64,000 bases of DNA from an archaeon GW2011_AR10. GTDB lineage: Archaea; Iainarchaeota; Iainarchaeia; Iainarchaeales; GW2011-AR10. Location: the NCBI GenBank assembly GCA_000830275.1, contig CP010424.1, forward strand, positions 622,782-686,781. The letters run 5' to 3'. The notes beneath the pieces are model-generated. The model searched no databases, was not told where the DNA came from, and saw only the letters and a program-made list of their open reading frames with translations. Shown one piece after another: positions 47,701 to 55,100 of the stretch. The position numbers and the translations under genes were made by a program. How positions within the stretch are numbered: position 1 is the first letter of the stretch; each line of letters opens with the position of its first letter.

Positions 47701-50288
47701 TAAGCGTGCTTGGCGACTTGCAGCAGGAAGTAGAAGCCGGGGCAAGCATTGACAAGGTAACCGGAATAAACCCGCCGCAGGTAAAGAAAGGCAATGCAGC
47801 GGTAACTGAAACAAAGCTTGATGCAAAAGACGAGAAAACAAACAAGTACAAATCCGAATTGCAGCTTTGCGTTACAGGATTAACTGATTTGCATAATGCT
47901 AATGGAAAGAAGGTGAAGCTTGACGCGCAGTACAAGGTTACGAAAGCAAAGGCTGCAGCAAAAGAGGTTGAATTGCAAGTATGCGGCCTGCACCCAAGCA
48001 CTCTGCTTGACGAAGTGCAAAAGCAGCCTGCCGGCACTTATTACTTTAATCCCTCGTGGAAGGGCACCCCTGAAACAATCCAGTTGAAGGAACTCATTGA
48101 AGGAGAGGTTGCTGAAGCAAACCTTGCTGAAGCAGAGAAATCCGTTGCAAGCAACAAACCAGGCGGGCAGACAAAAATTGAGGACGCGAAGAAAACCCAG
48201 AGGCTGCGGGGGCTTGGAATATATGTTGGAACATGCAGTGCGGTTGCTGCTTTGGCAGGATGGTGGACTGGATTCGGGATATTTTTGAACCCCTTAATTG
48301 ACTGCATTATTCCTGCTGCTTGGTCAGGAGCAGACGACATCGGGTTAGGCGGAGTGAAGGAATGGATTTCAGATATTTCAGGAAAGGTGTTTGGTTTCCT
48401 TGGCGGAATCACTGACAGCCTTTTCGGAAAGTTTGATGATGTTACTGAAGCATTGACAGGGCCAACAGACAACATTGAAAACTTTGACGAGTTAAAGAAC
48501 AGTGCTTTCACGACCGTAAGCACTTACTCGATTTACCGTGGTATCACAAACCCAAGCGATATCGCAACTGCATCCAATGTTAGGTCAGCTGCAAAAACAG
48601 TTTCAGAAAACCTTGCAGACCAGATAATGAAAGACAATTTCCCGCATTATCCACTCATTAGGAGCGCGAGGAGCACTGCGCTTTGGAAAAACCTTTCAGA
48701 CAAGTATTACAACGAAATTGTTAAGGGGGCTGAATCATCTTACGGAAAATCAACGCTTGATAATGCGGTGAGAAGTGCAACTGGAGCATCACATGCAGCT
48801 GTTGCAGCCGACAGTAAAGTGGTTGAAGAGTTTGTTAAGCTTAAGGGAAACCTGAAGCCTGAAGCACAAAACCTTTTGAAGGGAAATAAGGCAACTGTGC
48901 TGAATGAAGCGTTTGATTTGCAGAAATACACAGGAGCCGCTGAAGGCTCAGGAACAGTTAAGAAGTGGGATATTGGAGTTGATAGAACCACCACTCCTCC
49001 TAAATATTCTGAAAAAAGCTTTAAGAGCACCGCAGCAGGAATTGCTGACCAGCTGACTAATGACACGTGGCCGCAAATCAGGAGTGACATGGCTGAAAAG
49101 CTTGGAGCAGAGTTTGTAGGAGAAAATGAAAAAGAATTGAGGTCACTTTACAGGAGAGGCGTTGGAGCAGCAGTGAGAAACCAGCTCTCAACCCCAGTTG
49201 ACGCTGGCACAGGAAGGCTTCTGTCTTTTTCCACTGAGTTCACGCCAGCAAACGCAAGAAGCTCCGTTACCGCTGGAGTTGAAAACATTAACAAGAATTT
49301 GGCCGGCAAGGCGCTTGAATTCGTGGAAAAGAAGGCCGGCCCGAAAGTGATGCAGGAGCTTGCACAAAAAGCAGATGAAGCAATTACAAGCACTAAAGGC
49401 ACTTACAGTTTGAAATGGACTAATTTCAAGTCATATGCGAAAGGTTTCCTCAAAAATTTCGGCAAAGGAATTGCTGGAGGACTGATAGCGAATGCTGCCG
49501 GCTTGGCCGCTTACAAGGCTTACATGAACAGCGCTGGAAAAGCGGTTGAAGCTGATGAAACTTTCCAAGCGATGCAAGGAAATGCAAGTGATGATGACGG
49601 TGATGGCTTAATTGATGAAGAGGTTGCTGACGGCATTGACAATGATGGAGACGGAAAAGTGGATGAGGATGTAATAGAAATCAAGTCAGACATTACGCTG
49701 AAAAAGTACAAGCCGTACAAGGTAACAATCAGGGAGGAGTTCGGCAGGAAAACTTATACAATTGATGAAGCCGGTGAAGGCGCGGAAATTCCTGCTGACG
49801 CAAAGTTCATTGAAAAGTGCGATGCAACCCTGCAGGAAGATTTCGAGGTTGTTGGGAGCCTGCTGCCACAAGCAAACGAATTCAGTGGACAGGCCCCACA
49901 GGTTGCCAGCTACTACAAGCATTACTCTCCAATTACAAGGCATTTCTCTGATGCGTTTAATGTGCCGGAAGCGCTGCTTGTAACTGTTGCTTCATGGAAG
50001 ACAGGCATGGGAACTCAAGGAAGCGTTGAGTGGATTACGAGCTGCAATTACGGCAGCGAGGAAACAAAGTCAGTTGAAAAGAGCTTTGAGTGCGCTGCAA
50101 GAGAACTAAGCACTGCACTGAATTCTTGCAGCGGGGAAGAAAACAGCAAGGAAAAGGTAACTTGCGCTTTGCAGAAATATGATTCCGCAGGGAACAAGAG
50201 GCCAAATGAAAAAGCAGCAAACTTTGATGAACTGTTTGAACAATTCGAGCTGTGGAACAAGAGGAAATTCACAATTGAGGCAAGCTGA
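41784..50288 (+). CDS. Giant surface protein 1 (2,834 aa) with N-terminal anchor and tandem carboxypeptidase-regulatory-like domains
   Basis: Start at ATG 41784 by paralogue alignment (track ATG 41760 adds 8 aa). Conserved N-terminal motif, transmembrane helix, then beta-sandwich repeats (SLIIRVVDSATEQRVQGATIRIFDADDEGLISEVTDEDGEYIERVDKGLSLRVVVSRDGY). Y/G/S-rich region at about 45230-45520; acidic DDDGDG...DNDGDGKVDED at about 49570-49680. Confidence 0.7.
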   Translation: MGISETLSGFYAKLEDKFYGIADFFDSKGIPVNSAIDWVEDKGIPAFPLTIAAIVVVVALLYGFVFAATQQVTVVFDLKDNNGNALSQVRVSAVNSAGNNVPLGKTSFKDGEDVTLAGVPVGGTIKFSSQKEGYIDGKFSLQVSGTENLALLRMKKDVQTIVGQISLVDTETGDPVGEAQVIATLSDKSTVECNAGESIGAYECVGVLEGDSAKVDVRTSNFEDSSFTVSFFEGSVSEFELQPKASAAEGKSSLIIRVVDSATEQRVQGATIRIFDADDEGLISEVTDEDGEYIERVDKGLSLRVVVSRDGYIKYDSGAEGIERTMRDDEELWLVSMVEGGATVTVRVRDAGGAPLTGVVVSLFNSEAELLDEEKTLFAGEVDFSDLNAEATYFVTAFLDRYVPAREIVRPLQSKELDIELERLTQSNSSNLRVFVVDERNSAVNNAFLNFFELEDGKKTPSGIPQQKSDVTGKATVPVSVNISMLVEAVKGAQRGEAEVEIKQQGLNEALVTVRKELGLVTFALLDEDKEPVQGGHLTIKSGAGEELFRATLSGQNEVTVDVGENDYVKIDFLGTDGKTHAEEIYVKEQSRVEVIIGGKGSASLSPTLEFLGVFSASGAEVEGIKRGQDYFLKFQVVFPEGKGNYGMHVRVGDDSVKFADSQDVGIIGLSATGAQAFYGRTFSPFPEPGFEGVDMQNEGNPGGYNKFVELSFTEGGTKIVKVRVKAKETATDSSFDVKFRAWSEAGRSFYRAPVDSVLETAAFSSEKGTLYAETLKESVRIFQTDSSCEDDLCAGFKFIRSNDSEFAPEDFKAVVGEVYALEVELNPSKEIDATIRAVTSRSNPKIFWQGYGIDNFIDFPDNNKQETSIEVKGITAMPGQAVKTRLFFKTVELETASITLQVVTADDVLNESFFFDIFLERDMEFSIQPDEVTLGKDFSILLKEDTGKGIENATIKLKDKDGKHIETIIGDGSLGKGLDGKYDVKNSFDPGVIKYEIAAEGFKPVEGELQVLKTGVLRLPEEVQVSIPAGQEQASVSVNLENISEELVQDIQFEVKRRGNFPVGMELKAGGVSSIQANSTYRVPFTAAYHGIAEREHGEVDVIARGRVLGKYSVSAETRVKIDFNPEVDPADIEFSKSKLVAYLASGYDNRQFYDNSYNQRYPSGYDSSLYGTGGSSPYGTSQYGTGGTSQYGTDYSGAGYYDSTSYPYSYSNNVYAQRYYPSYLTGYGSTDYSNYNDTLPYRYLNYSSAQQVEFTIRNNSDLDLVLVPDVVAEDKIDAEGIQVDVPQVTLKKKGTAVGGRREDEKAVKVSITNKLLRNYPNKQSFKFDLVFKSDAVTKSIPLEIFIWSPKFALEMQRNVELWLSQETPTSRAIAQVPLFVRNVGLAPVENIVFRASSASLRGNVNVRVIPAVPVPFLDKGQAITPPPALVAEAIRTEKTTLLDVKQIDVFGTIDGRQYEFGPIFVTTHISRPECLVVVPNSLEFLSEKETGAITKELKVKNTCAEEVRVRLIEPREFGSNSLDLAFPDEVVPPGSDRPIQIILTKNEAWNAQTQVFLRGFLVRSGRFTSSNPINVNLNIGKQGVQDKVAVEEISVPVCGEEGKAAEEKLVAFPKIATGNDCSNAYCDAKQLSEFLAEKIRSRIDETKRQVTNYKSDLLNVPTCETHSSGYCSFADLGLSGESFSVYFQNDILSPQLLKEALSGKGADLASYRTDYASGSDPGRFLGQIGKQVLINGRIEGCGRYRMSVNGAVKVQGSQLQPDLMVILIDVNPEGEALDNAEGAAGGAMTGKEVTEQCLPKIQNIANFLPLDEGFTPANRKDTLLGLVDVGGETPEEKQKLEGLGKEVATGMFGNEARFVQNATTSNRLNLQIGETTGYLVKVDIEKTGEGAKKTVKAFIQDAGTNAEKQGKVAKEAAQAIIGLRNNAIDGCISANDDYALLKSAAEVGELEIMACKDSKLRISVGESCCDISVLGDLQQEVEAGASIDKVTGINPPQVKKGNAAVTETKLDAKDEKTNKYKSELQLCVTGLTDLHNANGKKVKLDAQYKVTKAKAAAKEVELQVCGLHPSTLLDEVQKQPAGTYYFNPSWKGTPETIQLKELIEGEVAEANLAEAEKSVASNKPGGQTKIEDAKKTQRLRGLGIYVGTCSAVAALAGWWTGFGIFLNPLIDCIIPAAWSGADDIGLGGVKEWISDISGKVFGFLGGITDSLFGKFDDVTEALTGPTDNIENFDELKNSAFTTVSTYSIYRGITNPSDIATASNVRSAAKTVSENLADQIMKDNFPHYPLIRSARSTALWKNLSDKYYNEIVKGAESSYGKSTLDNAVRSATGASHAAVAADSKVVEEFVKLKGNLKPEAQNLLKGNKATVLNEAFDLQKYTGAAEGSGTVKKWDIGVDRTTTPPKYSEKSFKSTAAGIADQLTNDTWPQIRSDMAEKLGAEFVGENEKELRSLYRRGVGAAVRNQLSTPVDAGTGRLLSFSTEFTPANARSSVTAGVENINKNLAGKALEFVEKKAGPKVMQELAQKADEAITSTKGTYSLKWTNFKSYAKGFLKNFGKGIAGGLIANAAGLAAYKAYMNSAGKAVEADETFQAMQGNASDDDGDGLIDEEVADGIDNDGDGKVDEDVIEIKSDITLKKYKPYKVTIREEFGRKTYTIDEAGEGAEIPADAKFIEKCDATLQEDFEVVGSLLPQANEFSGQAPQVASYYKHYSPITRHFSDAFNVPEALLVTVASWKTGMGTQGSVEWITSCNYGSEETKSVEKSFECAARELSTALNSCSGEENSKEKVTCALQKYDSAGNKRPNEKAANFDELFEQFELWNKRKFTIEAS

Positions 50289-50334
50289 ATAGAGAGTTAA
50301 ATATATTAATGAAATAAACGATAATTTTCCTCTG

Positions 50335-51807
50335 ATGACTGGAATAAAGGGGTTCACGCTTTTCACTGCACTTGTTGCATTCATACTGATTGTTTTATCG
50401 GTGCTGCTGGTTCAGACAATGATTCGCACCGAGAGGAATACAACTGACATCATTTCAGACATTCAGGAGGAACAGGAAATGCAGGCAATAGCTGATTTGG
50501 CGAGAGCAGAGGCACTGCAAACATTCAATTACGGCATCAGGTTTTCGATTGAGGACTGGCTCACAAAAGACGGGGATGGAGACGGCATTCCTGATAATGC
50601 TTACCTTTTGACGCCAAGCGAGTTGGCTGGAACTGATGCAGAGTCATGGGAGAACACAAAGAAAAAGTTCGCTGAATCCAATTTTGGTGTTGGAGGCGAA
50701 GGAACCCAGTTTGCCAACAGGGCAGCAAACCATCTTTCAACGCTGCTTGCAAGCACGCCTGATGTAAGGGGCTTCCAAGTAAATCTTGACAACAACAGCC
50801 AGGCGGTGATTGTTAGTGTGCTGGAACCATTGTTTGAGGACAGCAGTGCAAGGCAGGACTTTTTTGAAGTGATTCGGTGTGATGGCACTTGGGATGGTTG
50901 CCCGATAGGAACTTTTTATGTTAACCTTGACATTGCAAGACTGACTGATGAGCAGTACGAGAAGCTGCCGCAGATTGTCGTGAAAAAAATCACAACAAAA
51001 GGAGAGGTGGAGAGGACTTTGAGGGAGCCGATTCTTCCAAGGGGAAATTTGCAGATTTATGTGCCGATAAGAATCTTCAAGGCAATTGCTGGGGCAAGAG
51101 ATGTTGCAAGGACAGGCAGCGGGTTTTACTCTGGAGCAATTGATGCAACTTTGTTGGAGGTAAAGTTGGGGGTTTGTGGAGAGAACACTTGCGTGCCGGA
51201 ATACCATTCTGCTTCCGGCCCTGACATTGAAGGTTTTGCCTGCGTCGGCGACACTTACGCTGACCATCCAAAAATTTCAAGCATTCCAGTTTTGATTGAC
51301 GGAACATCTTTCAACTATGATCCAAACAATGAGGAGGAAATGAGGAGCAGGCTGATTAACGAAGTTGGCAGGCCAAGGCTCCTCAACTTCTTTGCAAATG
51401 AGCTGACGCAAAACCTGCCTAATGACTTGAGTGTCCCGGCGGTTGACTTTCGGCTTGTAACAATTCCTGCGGGAAGCGGCTATGACACAATCCAGAGAAC
51501 TTCTGTTATTGTTGTAACTCCTAAGACAAGGCAGGTTGATTTCATTGGTGCGCCATCTGGAGAAGCTGTTTGCGCGAGAATTGACAGGGTTGGCGGCTTC
51601 CTTGTGTTTGAGGACACCAAGCCGGATTACATGGTGAGCGAGTTGCCAAAATATGGTTCTCTTATCCCTACTAACAGGTATGCTGTGAGGCTTTCAACTG
51701 ACTCTTTTTCTGGAGAAGTTCCTGCTGTTAAAACCTGTGAAACCATTGCAACCCCAACTGGAATAGACCTGGCAGATTTTACTTACAGATGCGAGTTCAG
51801 GGGCTGA
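50335..51807 (+). CDS. Large pilin-like protein (490 aa) with class III signal peptide
   Basis: MTGIKGFTLFTALVAFILIVLSVLLVQ: K-G then a hydrophobic helix; contains DGDGDGIPDN. Confidence 0.5.
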   Translation: MTGIKGFTLFTALVAFILIVLSVLLVQTMIRTERNTTDIISDIQEEQEMQAIADLARAEALQTFNYGIRFSIEDWLTKDGDGDGIPDNAYLLTPSELAGTDAESWENTKKKFAESNFGVGGEGTQFANRAANHLSTLLASTPDVRGFQVNLDNNSQAVIVSVLEPLFEDSSARQDFFEVIRCDGTWDGCPIGTFYVNLDIARLTDEQYEKLPQIVVKKITTKGEVERTLREPILPRGNLQIYVPIRIFKAIAGARDVARTGSGFYSGAIDATLLEVKLGVCGENTCVPEYHSASGPDIEGFACVGDTYADHPKISSIPVLIDGTSFNYDPNNEEEMRSRLINEVGRPRLLNFFANELTQNLPNDLSVPAVDFRLVTIPAGSGYDTIQRTSVIVVTPKTRQVDFIGAPSGEAVCARIDRVGGFLVFEDTKPDYMVSELPKYGSLIPTNRYAVRLSTDSFSGEVPAVKTCETIATPTGIDLADFTYRCEFRG

Positions 51808-51857
51808 ATTGCGACAAAAAAGGTGATGGTTGAAACAGCAGTGGAATGAATCTCAAA

Positions 51858-51911
51858 CAACACTTTGTCAAAAAGAAAATAGGTGTTTTTATTTCACTTG
51901 ACAAAGTGTTG
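51858..51911 (+). repeat. 54-bp conserved hairpin element, copy 2
   Basis: One mismatch (loop C to T) relative to 9820-9873; arms identical. Confidence 0.6.
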
Positions 51912-51925
51912 AACCACTATATGCA

Positions 51926-51999
51926 GTCCACCAAAATTATTTGGTGGTTTTTGAGAGTTACAAATTCCACTAAAACCACCCATTAAAATAGGTGGAATT
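51926..51999 (-). other. Conserved structured intergenic element, copy 2 (reverse orientation)
   Basis: Reverse complement reads AAATTCCAC...GGGTGGTTTTAGTGGAATTTGTAACTCTCAAAAACCACC. Outer stem pairs are AAA:TTT here versus GCG:CGC in copy 1, i.e. covarying. Confidence 0.45.
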
Positions 52000-52111
52000 T
52001 GTTTGATTTTAATACTTGGCATGCAACACAGAATTGGTTTAAATAATATAGTAACTTTAATATAGATAAAACGCATTAGTTATTGGTAAAACAAAGGTTT
52101 TCCGTGGTTTC

Positions 52112-55100
52112 ATGCCTGAGGGGAAAAAGGGGCTTTACGCTTCACTTGAGGGAAAGTATTACGATTTGCTTGACTGGCTTGACACGAAGGGAATCCCTGT
52201 TTACAGTGTAGTTGACTGGATTGAGGACAAGAATATTCCTTCCTTTCCTGTTGCAGTGCTTTTCTCCTTTCTTGTGCTGATTTTGGTTGGCTGGCTTGTT
52301 TTGGGCTTGGTTGCGCCGGGCAAGGCAACGCTTTCTGTTTCGGTTTTTGATGAAAGCCTTTCTCCAGTTAGTAATGTTGAAGTGAGCGCTTCGACTGCTT
52401 CTGGGGGAACAATTGGCCCGGAGCTTACTGATGCAAGCGGTGTTGCAAGCATAACTGTGCCAATGAATGAGGAAATTCTTGTTGAAGCAAAAAAGGAGCC
52501 TGATTTCAGGACAAAAACTGAAACTTTCACTGCAATTAAGCAGGAGGAAAGCCTTGAGTTGGAGTTGCAGCGCACGGTTTCAACTTTGAGGAAAACAATT
52601 GAAATTTTGAGGCCTGGAACAAACGAGCTTGTGGACGAGCTTGTGGAGCTTGAGCTTCGATGCAGTGAAAAGCCAGAGTTCAGCGAGCGCGTAACAACCA
52701 CTACAGGCATAATTACTGTTGAAGTACAGAGCGATTGCGGAACACTTCACGTTACTCCTGCCAATGGGTTCACTGCTTCCGGCACAACAAGTTTTGATGT
52801 GAGGGTTGAGGGAACAATTGAACTGTTTTTGAGGGAAGAGGAAACAGGGAAAGGCACAATAATTGTTTCAGTTACTGACAGCTCTGGAACCCCACTGCAA
52901 GGAATTGATGTTTCGGTTGTAGTGCGGAGTGATGAATCAGAAATTGGCTCGGTTGTTGAAACAAAGCAGACTCTTGCTTCAGGCACTGTTACTTTCCTTG
53001 AGGTTCCGGAAGGAACATACTCTGTAACGGCTTTTGACAGAACAGGAACGTTCAGCGAATTTGATTCATCAGAAATTGGCTTGGTGCAGGAAGTTGCGGA
53101 TGGGGCAACCAAAACTTTTTCAATTGCATTGGAGAAAACAGTAGTGGGCTCAATAAGGGTTTTAGTGAAGGACGCTGTTTCGCTTAAGGCAATTGAGAAC
53201 GCAACTGTTTCAGTGAGCAAAGAATCAGTGAATCTCCCTCAAAAGAAAACCGATGCGGAGGGAAGAGCCGAGTTTGGTGTAGGGGAACAGGTAAAGTACA
53301 CTGTTGTTGTGGACAAGGAAGGCTACCTCATTGAAGAACTTGAACTGGAGCCTGCCAATGAGTTCAGGGAAGTTCTTTTAAGGGAGGCAACAGCTGAGAA
53401 CAGCCAGAGCCTTACAGTAATAGTGAGAGACGAGGTAGGCGACCCGATTGAAAATGTAAGAATAACTTTGAGGAACGCGGAAACTGATGCGCAGGTTGGA
53501 AGGGAGCTTGTTACTGGCATTGCAGGAATTGCGTTGTTTGAAAGAGTTGAGGCGGGAACATATTACGTGTTTGCCTTGAAGCCTGGCTTCGGGGAAAAAA
53601 CAAGCCAGACATTCACTTTGAACAGGAGGCAGGAAAACAGGGTGGAGCTAACCATTTCAATCGGTTCTGGAGCAGTTGAATTGATGGTGTTTGATGAAGC
53701 AAAGCAGCCAATGGCTGGGACAAGCGTTAAACTGCTTGACTTTTACTCGAAAGAAGTTTTAAGCGAGGGCATCACAGGCTCTGATGGAATTGCTTCTCTT
53801 GCTGCGAGAGCAGACAAAACAGTTTATGCGGTGGTAACCTTGAGCGGTTACCTGCCGTACATTACTAGAACTGTTAGGATGGGAAAGGATGTAACGCAGC
53901 AACTTGAGGCAGGCATGAGGAAGGAAATAAGTGCTCTTTCACTTGAACTGGTGAGCCTGCAGCTCGGCGAAGAAACTGTGAGAGACGTTGAGGTGCCAAG
54001 CCTTGAGCCGGGGCAAAGGTATAAGGCAAAGTTTTTGCTGCTGGTGCCTAAGGGCTCTGCTTTGGAGGAGGCTGGAGTGCATTTGAGGGTTGGCGCATCA
54101 GAGGAAGGCAAAACAAATGTGCTGGAGAAAGATGACCTGTATATTCTGGGTGTGAGTTCTGCTTTCAGTGAAATTCTGCGCGGCACTTCTTTCACTCCGC
54201 CTATTGGCTATGGCGCTGACGCGCAACATTTTACTTCAGCTGAAGCGAAGTGGGTTAATGTTTTCTTTTCACAGCCAGCAAACGGCGTGATTGAAGTTGA
54301 AGCAGAAATTCAGGTTAGGGAAAATGCAAGGCGCGGCTCAGCGCTTGACTTGTGGTATAGGGCTTGGGGGAAGACAGGAAGTTACCTTAGGTTTCCAAGC
54401 GATGCAGCTCTTGGAAGCTCTGAGAACAGTGCATCAAAGCAGGCACTGTATGCTCAGGCCAAGAACAAGAAGTTTTCTGTTGGCCCAACCAACCTTTGCT
54501 TGAACGAGTTCTGCTCAACTGTTTCAATTGAGGACTTGAGGGAAGAGCTTGAAACAAGCGTTGTGGACGAATATGTTGCGGAAATAGGCAACAATTACAG
54601 GTTAAAGTTTTCCATAAACAGTGTTTCATCAGAGCTATTCGAGCAAGCAGAGCTACAGGTGGTTGACTCAACAGGCAGCCTTGCATTTGGCAATTACGAC
54701 ATTTCAACTGTTGCCGGGGAGCGGAGAAGCGGAACTGCAACAGGCTCAGAGTTAAGGGTTGGAATAGGGAGCCTGGCAAAAGATGACTTCTTTAATGGAA
54801 CGCTTGAGTTCAGTTCAAGAAAGGAGGGAACAGCCTTAGTGCAATTAAGCGTCATTTCATCCAACCAGCGGGTTTTCGAGAAAGAGGTTAGGATCCTTGT
54901 TTTGCCGGCAGAAGAGATGAGCGTTGACATTTTGCCGAAAATAATTGTGCCATTCATTAACAACAACATTTTGGTGCAGGCTTCAACTGAGGCAGAGGAT
55001 GGGTTGCTGTTGCCTGTTCCAAATGCATCAGTTTCATTGAAGAAAGACGGCGAGGTTGTTGCCTCTGGTTTCACTGATTCAGCCGGAATTTTTCCTTACA

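Noticed and set aside
52201-53220. Minus-strand ORFs inside giant gene 2 (52201-52710, 52747-53220, 55483-56037 and others)
   Set aside because: Same reasoning: antisense shadows of a repetitive coding region.
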